Origin: Stegostoma tigrinum
Lineage: Eukaryota
DNA length: 64,000 nt
Direction: 5' to 3'
Assembly (NCBI RefSeq): GCF_030684315.1
Contig: NC_081369.1
Span: 2,284,689 to 2,348,688, forward strand
The notes under the pieces are model-generated. The model was not told the origin of the DNA, searched no databases, and saw only the letters and a program-made list of their open reading frames with translations. A program made the position numbers and the translations under genes. Below, piece after piece: positions 52,680 through 64,000 of this stretch (within the stretch, counting starts at the first letter, position 1; each line of letters starts with the position of its first letter).

Positions 52680-53725
52680 AAGGTACCATCTTTAAAGGAA
52701 GTAATAGCACACTTAGAAAATCCTAATAGAATTAAGCAAGGTTATGCGTTATATTTCTTTTTCAAAGGGATAATAGTATTTTACACAGAATTTAGATTTA
52801 TTTGAGGCCTGGCCAATTAGAGCCAAAGGTACAGCGAAAAACTGATCGAAAAACATCCTACTATCTCTTAAACGGGAATGGACAGTTTAATTGAAAATGA
52901 AGAAATTAAGCAGATGGGTGAATCATCTGAGGAACGATGATGTGGTCAACTTTGGTGGGAATAAGAGAAATCAGAAAGTGATTTAATTAGTTGGAGGCTA
53001 CAACATTCTGTAGAGCACAGGGATCTCCATGTCTTTATCAGAAAACGCGAGTTAGTGCTCAGAAACAGCAAGCATTTGGTGGCAGAATGAGTCTTTATAG
53101 ATTGGGAGATTTAGTGCAAATGGAGGGAAGGGACATTGATGAGTTCGGAGCCAGAGACAACGACAAGTTTGATCCCCTTAACAAGTGATATACTTCCATT
53201 AGAAATATTGCACATGAGGTTGTGTAGCTTGATACTTGGAACAAGTGTGTTGTCTACTAGGAAATCTTCCTACTGTGTGCAAGGGAAATTAGAAGATTGA
53301 GAAGACTTCTTGTTGAACCATTTAGGTTCCCGAGGTTTTGAGTGGTTGCGTAGCGAATGAATAAATGTATGCTAAGTACACGCTTGCTCTTTTGAGAGAC
53401 CCTCCAAGCAGAGGGTAAGTGGTGGGACAATGTTTAAAATAGAGGAAGAATATTTAACACGGAGATTAGGAAGATTTGTTTTCTTGGAAAAGGTGTCTTT
53501 CAGAATTCTCTACCCAGGAGAGCAGTGAACATCTGGTTTTTGAATATATTGAAAGCAGAACGACATAGATTTTTGATTTACAAGTCGATCAGAAGTTGTG
53601 GCGGTGTGTATTAAGAGAAAGTGGGAATCAGTCCAAAATCAGATTCTTGTACTTATTCAGTGGCAAAGTAGGCTCGCGTGTTCAACTTGTCTACTCCTAA
53701 TCCCATTTCCTATGACGTTATGTTC
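52680..53725 (+). mobile_element. Very old degraded CR1
   Basis: Remnants of RT motifs and the 3' UTR (cagaattctctacccaggagagcagtg; ctactcctaatcccatttcctatg). Confidence 0.55.
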
Positions 53726-54143
53726 TTAATGTCCAACCTAAAACAATCTACTGTAGGGTGTAAATACATCACAGTTTCTGCTGATGAAAATCAGAATAAA
53801 GTTACACTGAAATCGAGTACAGATAACAAGAAAACACCACACGTTCGCGCGTATAAAAGACAACCCATTTAAAACTTGCTTACTTTACATCACCTGCAGG
53901 AACAGGGACAGATGTAACAATCAGCTCGTTGCTGTATTTCCAGCACTCTGTAGTTTTAGTTTCAGCATTCGCAGTACTTCACGGTTTCTCTTTCGACTTG
54001 TCATCACTTTATTTGCACTTCACCAGTTCTTTCATGATAGGACATATGCAAACCAGTAAAATCTCACGCCATCTGTGGCCTCTCTGTACACATTCACTGC
54101 AGCATTCGTCTGTTGGCAAGAATTGATTCTTCCTTCACCCAAT

Positions 54144-54189
54144 ATGATTATGCTGCAGCGCATGTTGGTCCTCGAAATGATCTCAATAG
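54144..54189 (+). CDS. Gene B leader (signal peptide) exon
   Basis: ATG at 54144, MIMLQRMLVLEMISI, then G|gtattt (phase 1). Splices in frame to the V exon across a 144-nt intron. Confidence 0.75.
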
Positions 54190-54333
54190 GTATTTTCTGG
54201 GAAAAAGAATTAAAACCGTCTTAATATTTATTCATGTTAGACTTATCAATCTATCTTTTTAGGAGTTTCCAAGTCAGATCTCAATGTTGAATTAATGGAA
54301 TGCATTATTTTTCTTTCTCTTTTTCTTTGAAAG

Positions 54334-54651
54334 CTTTTTGCTATCCCCATTTCCAGGTGTCACAGAAGCCTCAACGCATTATTCGGAATTTCGGTGAAAA
54401 CATAACCATCACTTGTGCTTTCAGTATTCTGTCTGATGATTCAGAGGTGAGAGTCTTCTGGTGGAAACTTGGCGATAAAGCACTTCTGCATCCTATCTCC
54501 GAGGCTAGGAAACAGCATTTTAAGAGAAAGGGCCAGGGCACCTTACAGCTCATTGACATCCGTCTTGAAGATGCTGGAGTTTATTACTGCGGAGTTAGTC
54601 GAAATAGCGGGACGATTATCAACGGGACTGGAACTGCACTTGTTGTCTACC
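54334..54651 (+). CDS. Gene B Ig V domain exon with germline J-like motif
   Basis: Polypyrimidine tract and aag| ... C|gtaagt, 318 nt. HFQVSQKP..NITITCAF..VFWWK..LQLIDIRLEDAGVYYCGV..NGTGTALVVY. Confidence 0.93.
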
Positions 54652-54962
54652 GTAAGTGGCATTGTAGGTGAAGGAATTGTTAGAAATTTCGATACATTGT
54701 TTAGCCGATTAATAATATTGAAGGACATTATGCTGGAAATCATAGCGGGGTCAGGCAGCATCCATGAAGAGAGAGCAAACTATGGTTTCAAGTCTAGATG
54801 ATGCTTCATCAGGGCATTCATTGCAGAATGTTGTCATGTTTACATCATAGCAATGCCAAACAGGGCAGGAAGATTAGTAAAATCTCGAAAAAAAAATTCA
54901 ACAGCAATTATGCATATCCGATCGAGTTAACATGCGTTTAACGCGAAATGATTGAGAAGTTA

Positions 54963-55076
54963 AGATAATAAAATGTGAGGCTGGATGAACACAGCAGGCC
55001 CAGCAACAGCTTTTCCTGCTCCTCTGATGCTGCTTGGCCTGCTGTGTTCATCCAGCTTCACACCGTGTTATCTTGG
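54963..55076. mobile_element. Short fold-back Penelope pLTR element
   Basis: gctggatgaacacagcaggcc ... ggcctgctgtgttcatccagc. Confidence 0.8.
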
Positions 55077-55714
55077 AAACAATGTATTCTTTTTTATCTA
55101 ACGAAACCATTATTGTGGGACATGCTCCGTTCTGTTACATATCCTAATGAATCAAATCATCAAATTCTTTAATATTGACCTCATAACAAAATGAACTGAA
55201 ATGATTTAACCACTTTACAGTGAAGTCGATTAGGCTGCCAACAAATTTATGCATTGTTTTACTGGTGAAAATCCGAGGAAGAGAACTGTTCCAGGGTGCT
55301 CTGAATGACCTCCGATTATGCAGTTAATATATTTCCAAAAGAATATGCTCAAATTGTTATCTTCATCTGAGCTGGTGACACATTTTTCTCCTAATGATTT
55401 AAGCGGGAAGTTCAGGAATAGTAGTTGATAAGGCTAAACAACCAAACATCTGAGGGGACTGAAATAAAATGAAGCAAAAGGGCGTTCATGTTTGTTTGTT
55501 TTTTCTCGTGTTTAGCCCAAAGTGTAAGGAAATATTTTATCAACAAGCACGGAATTTCCCAGAACAATTTATATCCATGATTCATACAACATTCCATTAT
55601 TCTAGAAATTGATGGAGTTGTAAGGTTATTATGGCAGTTGCTGTTAGACTTGTGCATCTGAGGTCAGAGTGTTACCAGTTTGCTTTTCTCTAGTGAATTA
55701 ATCCCATACAATGA

Positions 55715-56100
55715 AGGAATAGATCGCCACAGTGCAGAAAAGCTGATTCGGCCGATCGAGTCGGCACCGACCGTCCGAAATTCATCTCACCCAGACCCAC
55801 TTTATCGCCCACTTTATCTCTGATTCCTGTAGTGTATTAGAAGTTCGATACAGCTTCGCTTTGATCGAGCGTACTTGCATGACTATTCCACTTAAACAGC
55901 ACATCCCTGTGTGCTACGGGGCAATTTAGTATGGTCAATCCGCCTAAACTGCACATCTTTGGACTGTGGGAGGAAGTCGGGGCACCAGAAGGTAACCCAC
56001 GCAGGCATGGAGAGAATGTGCAAGCTCCACACAGACAGAAGCTAGAATCGAACTCCCCACCCCGGCGCTGTGAACCAGCGATACTAACCACCAGCCGCCC
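55715..56100 (-). mobile_element. HE1-like V-SINE
   Basis: Reverse-complement V-domain (tgcacatctttggactgtgggagg...tgcaagctccacacagac) and tRNA head. Confidence 0.85.
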
Positions 56101-56295
56101 CAATTAAATAGCACTACCAGTGAATTGCGCAAAATTTTTGCGTTAATCAAATAATTGGCTCAACATTGAGTGACTGTTGTGAAACTCTTATTTTCCAAAT
56201 TAATAAAGCAGTACTCAGCATTATTCATTGGTTATGAGATATAATGATGTTCTAAATCGACAGCGCTGAACGATGTTATTTTAATCCCATTACAG

Positions 56296-56607
56296 ATCCA
56301 CCATCTACCCCTACCATACTTTCCAAAACACCTGATGGAAATTCAGACGTCTATCTACGTCTCGTATGTGAAACAGTTGACTTTTACCCAGCGACGATTG
56401 CATTCAACTGGTACAAAAATACAAGCAAGATTGTCACCGGGATAAAAACAACACAGAACTTGACCGATGCGGGGCTTTATCGAGCTTTCAGTACTCTACA
56501 GGAATCACAGCCGATCCAGAAAGGCACCCCTTATGTTTGTTTGGTATCTCACAATGCTACCCGGAGTTGGAAATTGTCTGTTTATTTGATGTCAAGTTCG
56601 ACCTCAG
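56296..56607 (+). CDS. Gene B Ig C1-set domain exon
   Basis: tacag| ... G|gtagga, 312 nt, open, phase 1-1. PPSTPTILSK..LRLVCETVDFYPATIAFNWYKN..GLYRAFSTL..YVCLVSH. Confidence 0.92.
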
Positions 56608-56909
56608 GTAGGAAGTCAACGAATGAATTTGTGTATAATTAACAACACTGTTACTGAAACTGCACAGAAATAAAACGATAGCTCAAAACTTCTTTTTACA
56701 TAGAAATTGAATGCTAAATATTGAGACAAGAAAAAATGGAGATGCTGGTATCCAAAGTACACAAACAAGAGGCTGGAAGAACACAGCAAGCCAGGCAACA
56801 TCTGGAGGAAGGTGGAAACTAACGTTTCGGATATTACTCTTCTTGAAGAAGGGTAATACCTGAAAGTTGACTAAATATTGGGGTTCTGAACCTGCACATG
56901 CAAACTGAG

Positions 56910-59900
56910 TATGTAGAAACATAGAACAGTACAACACAAGAATAGGCCAATCAGACGACCATGTCTGTGCAGGTCATGATGTAAATCTAAACTAATCCCA
57001 TCTGCCTCCAAATGGTTTGTATTCTTCTATTCCCTGCCTGTTCATGTATCTGTCTAAATGTATCTTAAACATTGCTATCACACCTGCTTCTACCACCTCC
57101 AGTGGCAGCTTGTTCGAGGTCTAGGCCACCTCTGTAAACTGCATTCCTCAAACATCTCCTTTAAATGTTCCCCTCTCACCTTATACCTGTGGCCCTGAGT
57201 ATATGACATTTTGGCCCTGAGGATATGACATTTCCACCCTGGAGCTAACTAGCCACTGGTTACGCCTCTGCATCCAATGTTCAAATGAAAACAATCCATG
57301 TTTGTCTAACCACTCCATATAACTAATACTGTCCAATTGATACAACATCTTGGTAAACATCTTTTGCAACCACTGAAAAGCCTGCACATCCTTCTTATAG
57401 TATGGCAACAAAAACTTCACACACTTTTCCAAATGTTGCCTGAGTAAAGTTTTATACAGCTACAAAATATCTTACCAACTTTTATACTCAATGCCCTGAT
57501 TAATTAAGGAAAGCATGACATACCACTTCTTGATCAGATTATCCATTTGCGTTGCCACTTCCAGGAAGATATGGACATCACACCCCATGATCCTTCTGTA
57601 TATCAATGCTTCAAAGGCTCCTGCCATTTAGTGTATAATTACTTCTTGCATTTGACCTTTCAAATTGCATTGCCCCATGTTTGTCTCGATTAAGTTTTAT
57701 CTGCCATTTCTCTTGTCAACTTTCCATCTGATCTATGTCCTCCTGTATCCTTTGAAAACTTTCCTCACTATGCACAATTCAACCAATTTTTGTGTCATCT
57801 AAGAACTTTTATATTCAATATACCGACTCACCATGGATCCCATGTGACTTAATCTTCAATGTTTTAGGAAACCCTATGTACACTACAACTACTGTCCTAC
57901 CATCATCAATTATCTTCATCATTTCCCCAAAATAAACTCCATCTAATTTCTGACAAAAGATCTCCCTTGTGCAAACCCACACTTATTGTCCCAAATAAGT
58001 CGTATTTCCCTGATTAATCTCAATATTTTCCAAATGCAAGCAATTCCTGTCCCTAAGAATCTTCTCCAGTAATTTCCCTACTGGTGATGTAAGGTTAACT
58101 GGCCTTTGGTTTTCTGGATTATCTCTGTTGCCATTTTTAAATGAAGGAATAACATTTAAATGAAGGAATAATGTTCTCTGGTACCTCACCTAGGGCTGAA
58201 GATGATACAAAGATTCTGTCAAGCCCAATAATCTCCCCTCTCACCTTCCTCAGTATCCTGGAATAGATCCCATCAGTGACTGAGGACTTATCTGCCTTAA
58301 TGTTTTTCAAGGCATCTAACAGCTCCTTCTTTTTAATATTGACATGCCATAGGATATCAACACACCTCTCCCTAATATTTTCCATGTCCTTCTCCTTGAT
58401 CAATACCAATGCAGAGTACTCATTAAAGACCTTACGAATTTTCTCTGGCTCCATGCATAAATTCCTTCCTTTATCCTTCTGTGCACCTATGCTTTTCCCG
58501 GTTACCCTCCTTATTCTATAATGGATGCAAAATGCCTTGGGATTTTCTTGTCAAAGGCATTTCAAGATCTGCTCTGGCCCTCCTAATTTCTTGTTTTAAT
58601 ACTTGCCTGCGTCCTTAATATTCCTTAAGGGCCTTTTGTGATTTCAGTGTCTAACACCTTACATGTGTTTTCTTTTTTTCTTTGACTAAACTTTCAATAT
58701 CTCTGGCCATCCAGAATTCCCAAACTTTGCCACCCTATCTTTCTTCCTGACAGGATCTTGATGGTCCTGAATTCTGATCAACTGACCTTTAAACGGCTTG
58801 CATAAGTCAGAAATGGATTTACCCTCGAACAGCAGCCTCCAATATAATTTCTCAACTTCCTGCCCAATTGCAATTAACCTCCTCCAATTTAGCACTTTCA
58901 CCTGAGGACCAGCTTCATCTTTATCCATAAAAATCTTAAAACTTATGGAATCATTATCACTGTTCCCAAGTTGCCCCCCACTGAAACTATAAACAAGCTG
59001 GCTTGGCTCTTACCAATACAAGCTCTATTATGGCCCCTTAGCTAGTTGGACTAGAGATATATTGTTTCATGAAGTCCTTACAGATTCACTTAAAAAGTTG
59101 TGCCCAATCTAAGTCCTTGACAGTAAGGGAGTCCCTGCCAATATTAGGGAAGTCAAAATCAGCCACAACAGTTATGCTTTCATCCTAATGACTTTCCACG
59201 ATTTACTCACATATATGTTCCTCTGTCTCTTGCTGGCTGTTGGGAAGCCTACAGTGTGACCCCATCATAGTGATTGCAATGTTTTTATTCCTGATTTCTA
59301 TACATATGGACTGTCTGGGTGAGCCCTTAAAGATGACCCCTCTTCATGTGACATTCTATCTTACGTTAAACATCTAAAACCTGGAGCAGTGAGTTGCTAA
59401 TACTACCATTCTGTCAGCCAAGTTTCTGTAGTGGCTGTAATGGCTATGATATGTAGCCCCATGCAATAATACAGGCTCTAAACTTATTGACCTTACCTGT
59501 TATGCACTTAATCCTGTGAGTCTCACTGACCAACCTGGTCCTGCCTGTTCTTCCTATTCTACTGACTTAACTTACCCCAACCTTCTTCTCAGTCACTCCA
59601 TATGCTGACCTCCTGTTCTACTTTCCATACCTTGCCTCACCAGTTTACCTCTCAGGTGGTATTAGCAAACCAAACAAAGATATTGGCACCCCTCTAATTT
59701 GGGTGCAAGTCATCATTCTTGTACAGGTTCCTCCTTCCCCGGTAGAGATTCTAATGATCCAGACATCTGAAGACATCCCTCCGACACCAGATCTTTAGCC
59801 ATGCATTCAACTGTATTATCTTCCTAATTATGACCTCGCCAGTCTGTGGCACAGGGAGTCACCCTGAGCTTACAATCCAAGAGATCCTCCATTTCGCTTT

Positions 59901-60360
59901 CCTACCTGACTGCTGAAATTCCCTTTACAGGATCTCATCTCTCTTGCTGCCTATGGCATGCATTCCAGTATGGACAATGATTTCTGGCTGTGCACCCTCC
60001 TCTTTCAAAATGTCCTGCACCCACTGAGGGATATCCTTGACCATGGCCTAGGAAGGCAACATGGCAACCTGAAGTCTCACTTGCAGCCACAGAAATATTT
60101 CTGTGTCCCTGACAACAGTTCCATATCATTACTATTTGCTGATACTTTGATCTTCCCTGCATTAGATTCAATTGTGGTGTCACTGGTCCGGTGGTGGCTG
60201 TTACGTTCTCTGAGAGGTCATATCCCAACTCCTAACAATATCAAAAATATTATATTTGTTTGAGTAGGGATTAGCCACAAGGCACTCTTTCATTGCCTGC
60301 TGCCTGCCCTTCTGCAATCATCTGACGGAATGTTTGGTGTCATCACATCCCTGAAACTTC
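56910..60360 (-). mobile_element. Long degraded CR1 (ORF1 esterase, EN, partial RT, 3' UTR) antisense and downstream of the gene B C1 exon
   Basis: 3' tail near 56915. KNGNRDNPENQRPVNLTS, KADKSSVTDGIYSRILR and KVLNWRR. Esterase-like remnants at about 59940-60070. Confidence 0.85.
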
Positions 60361-60362
60361 AG

Positions 60363-60496
60363 TCTATATAAAAGCAGGACATTGCTGCCTGTGGCAGTCT
60401 GTGCCTTCGGGCACTGTATGATAACTATGTTTGCACACTTTGCACGTGGTGACCGTAATCATTGACAGGTACGAAAAACTTCAATAGGAATTTAAG
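60363..60496 (+). pseudogene. Possible degraded transmembrane exon of gene B
   Basis: Hydrophobic stretches TLLPVAVCAFG and VVTVIIDRYEK lie in different frames. The frame that matches the C1 donor phase has stops. The segment abuts the CR1 5' end. Confidence 0.3.
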
Positions 60497-61254
60497 GCAA
60501 AGAGACTTTGCTCATAAACTAAATTCATATGTGAACTTGTTGGCACAGGAAGTGTTTAAGTGAAATAGAGAAGTGTTTAAAACCAAAAGAAAAAAAAAGC
60601 TATATCCTGAGAAGTTGAAGTATGATACTTTAAATAGAGCATGTAACACATTCATCAGCAAGAGCGGATAAGCCAATTCCACTACAGTGAAATGAATTGA
60701 AAGAAAAATTGGGCTTTCCCGTTCCAACATTGTTTTAGGTGTGAATTTCTTCCCAACAAGATTTGAGACTGGAATTTGAATGTTGAAATTTATATTGCTG
60801 AAAACGAAAATAAGCTGTCAAAGCTTTCCACTTTTCACTCATTTAGGAACTTGAAAGAATACCAAATTTCAATATGACCAGAAGAAACAGAACACATGAG
60901 AATTGAATAAGAGAAAAATTGTTTGAAGAGAATTGAATAATTGAAAAATAGAAATTATTGGAAAAGCTCAGCAGGTCCAGCAGCAACTGTGGAGAGAATT
61001 CAGAGCTAACGTTTGGGGCCCAGTGACCCTTCCTCAGAAATGGACCTGAAGTGTTAATTCTGATTTCCCTGAGCTGAGCTTTTCCAGCAATCTTTACTTT
61101 TGTCTCTGATTTACAGCATCTGCTGTTCTTTCCGATTTTACATGAGGATGGATGCTGATTGTTTAACATGTCAATGTTAATTTGACAGTCCTGTATTTCT
61201 ACTGATGAGTTGAACATGAAAAGCTTTGACCGCATTTCTTCCTTTCCCATCTCT

Positions 61255-62995
61255 GACCATTATATGTCAATCTGTCTTTCTCACTGAATATTGGATGGAA
61301 TATTACCCTCTTTTCTGGATGAGCACAGCTGCAACAACACTTAAGAAGCGTAACACCATCCAGAACAAAGCAAACGCTTGACTAATATCACATCCAAAAA
61401 CCTTCAGCCACTCTCCTACCGAAGCTCGGTAGCATCGATGCATATAATCTGCAAGATACATTGCAGAAATTTATTCAATGTCCTTAGACAGCACCTGCCA
61501 AGCCCACACCACTTCCATCTTGAAGGACAAGGGGAGGAAATAAATAGAAGCACCACCACTTTCAAGCTTCTGTCCAAGGCATTTGATAAGGTTCCCCATG
61601 GTAGGCTCATTCAGAAGGTCAGGAGGAATGGGATACAGGGGAACTCAGGGGAACTCAGGTGTAAGGCATTTGATAAGGTTCCCCATGGTAGGCTCATTCA
61701 GAAGGTCAGGAGGAATGGGATACAGGGGAACTTAGCTGCTTGGATACAGAATTGGCTGGCCAAGAGAAGACAGCGAGTGGTAGTAGAAGGAAAATATTCT
61801 GCCTGGAAGTCAGTGGTGAGTGGGGTTCCACAGGGCTCTGTCCTTGGGCCTCTACTGTTTGTAATTTTTATTAATGACTTGGATGAGGGGATTGAAGGAT
61901 GGGTCAGCAAGTTTGCAGACGACACAAAGGTCGGAGGTGTCGTTGACAGTGTAGAGGGCTGTTGTAGGCTGCAGCGGGACATTGACAGGATGCAGAGATG
62001 GGCTGAGAGGTGGCAGATGGAGTTCAACCTGGATAAATGCGAGGTGATGCATTTTGGAAGGTCGAATTTGAAAGCTGAGTACAGGATTAAGGATAGGATT
62101 CTTGGCAGCGTGGAGGAACAGAGGGATCTTGGTGTGCAGATACATAGATCCCTTAAAATGGCCACCCAAGTGGACAGGGTTGTTAAGAAAGCATATGGTG
62201 TTTTGGCTTTCATTAACAGGGGGATTGAGTTTAAGAGTCGTGAGATCTTGTTGCAGCTCTATAAAACTTTGGTTAGACCGCACTTGGAATACTGCGTCCA
62301 GTTCTGGGCGCCCTATTATAGGAAAGATGTGGATGCTTTGGAGAGGGTTCAGAGGAAGTTTACCAGGATGCTGCCTGGACTGGAGGGCTTATCTTATGAA
62401 GAGAGGTTGACTGAGCTCGGTCTCCTTTCATTGGAGAAAAGGAGGAGGAGAGGGGACCTAATTGAGGTACACAAGATAATGAGAGGCATAGATAGAGTTG
62501 ATAGCCAGAGACTATTTCCCAGGGCAGAAATGGCTAGTACGAGGAGTCATAGTTTTAAGCTGGTTGGTGGAAAGTATAGAGGGGATGTCAGAGGCAGGTT
62601 CTTTACGCAGAGAGTTGTGAGAGCATGGAATGCGTTGCCAGCAGCAGTTGTGGAGGCAAGGTCATTGGGGTCATTTAAGAGACTGCTGGACATGTATATG
62701 GTCACAGAAATTTGAGGGTGCATACATGAGGATCAATGGTCGGCACAACATTGTGGGCTGAAGGGCCTGTTCTGTGCTGTACTGTTCTATGTTCTATGTA
62801 AGCCACTCACCATCCAGACTTGGAAATATATCACTGCTTCTTCACTGCTGCTGGGTCAAAATCCTTGAATTCCATCTCTAAGGAATTACTTACAGAACAT
62901 TGACTTCAGCAGTTCAAGAAGGCAGCTCACCACCACCATCTCAACGGCAACTGGAGCCAGGCAATATGATGCCCATATCTCATGCATGAATAAAA
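61255..62995 (+). mobile_element. L2-like LINE 3' end split by the young CR1 at 61576-62798
   Basis: The host reads ...accactttcaagcttctgtccaag | ccactcaccatccagacttgg...gaaggcagctcaccaccac across the insertion. Confidence 0.75.
61576..62798 (+). mobile_element. Young 5'-truncated CR1 with intact RT C-terminal frame and a duplicated 5' end
   Basis: Open frame to 62715 (KAFDKVPH, GVPQGSVLGP, KFADDTK) and a (gttctat)n tail. 70-bp repeat at 61576-61645 and 61663-61732. Confidence 0.96.
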
Positions 62996-64000
62996 TCAAA
63001 TCTTTAATTTACTTTCTTAGCTCCCTGTACATTTTATCCCCCTAGTGGAACTCAATATTCCAACCAATTCTGTCTGATTCCAATTCTACCCTGTTTTCTG
63101 AAGGAACGCCAATTAGCCTGAAATGTTAATTTCCATTTGTTCTCTACGGATGTTACTGGATTTGATGAGTTTTTCCAGCACTTTGTTTTTTTTCTGAACA
63201 ATTCTCCAAACTCTTTGCTTAGGGATTATCAATGTTATTTGCTCTGATATCATCTGTTTTACGTATTTACTAGATGCTCCCTAAATTGGCTTCAAGTGTA
63301 AAAACTCACAGCATGTCTGTGTAAAATATTGAAAAGTGTATTCATTTCTAGTTTAGCACAGAATTGCACATACACACAAACATACACGCAAGCAATAGAA
63401 ACAGTTCTTCAGCGTTATTGGTAGCTTTTGATTTTTTAGTAGGTAAGATTGAGCCCCGTCTACTCTAAATGTTTGAAATAATCGAGTGCAAACTCACTAA
63501 CAGTAATGAGTGTATATGAAACGAGCACCCAAGCGCAATCAGTATCATCTGGAAAAACAGGAAAAAGGAGCACACGGAGACAGTCAGCATTATCTTAACT
63601 GGGAGATGGAGCGGCATCTGGCCTGCAGTGGAACAGCTCTGAGTGGGAAGCTATAACTCCTGGGCAAATCTCCAGACCAAAATTGACCTCAAATTGTTAT
63701 GTCAGGAAATCATACTGCACTTATAGAGGAGCTAAACGTAGCTTTAACGATAAAACAACAGGAAGAAGTGAAAGTCAAGGCCAAATTAATAAAATTAGGT
63801 AAGAACACCAAAGTAATGTAGTTTGATGTAAGGTAAATACTTTTCAGCAATCAAAACTCAGCTCGATCAAGTAGACTGCTTGGCCTGTAATATATGGGAA
63901 ATCAGGCACCATACTCTTGTCCCAGATAATATGTTTTTTTTCCCACAAACATACTTCAGTTACTCTATCTTTTTTTTCAACTTCCGTAACTATTTTCGAT

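Noticed and set aside
55728-55765. CACAGTG heptamer downstream of the gene B V exon as a possible RSS
   Set aside because: No nonamer at 12- or 23-bp spacing, it lies in a SINE tail, and the V exon already includes its J-like strand.
54334-56607. Gene B as a germline-joined Ig light chain or TCR chain
   Set aside because: It has WWK and NGTG rather than WYQ and FGxG, there is no IgL C-terminal Cys, and its paralogue has an ITIM tail.
61378-62715. 445-aa ORF as a domesticated RT gene
   Set aside because: It is a chance in-frame read from an L2-like fragment into a young 5'-truncated CR1, with a TTG start.
63504-63598. Possible gene B cytoplasmic exon (MSVYETSTQAQ...)
   Set aside because: Weak acceptor, no clear ITIM/ITAM and no similarity to the gene A tail.

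Overview
Repeat-rich vertebrate genomic DNA, inferred to be from a shark or other cartilaginous fish (HE1/V-SINE-type and SacSINE1-type SINEs, abundant CR1 LINEs, Penelope-like elements). The main unique content is a divergently oriented pair of paralogous immunoglobulin-superfamily receptor genes about 33 kb apart. Gene A (minus strand, about 13062-21186) has a V exon with a J-like motif already joined in the germline, a C1 exon, a short membrane-like exon, a 44-nt exon and a last exon with SIRP-alpha-like ITIM/ITSM motifs. It carries several apparent inactivating lesions. Gene B (plus strand, 54144-56607 and possibly beyond) has intact leader, VJ and C1 exons. Its membrane exon looks disrupted or lies outside the window, and it may make a secreted form. 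The second notable system is a set of Penelope-like retroelements and many short fold-back pLTR derivatives with target-site duplications, carrying minimal hammerhead-ribozyme cores with palindromic helix III (ACGU or AGCU). The rest is CR1, L2-like, RTE, Rex/Babar and Gypsy fragments, SINEs and simple repeats. All calls were made by eye with no database searches, and the boundaries of older repeats are approximate.
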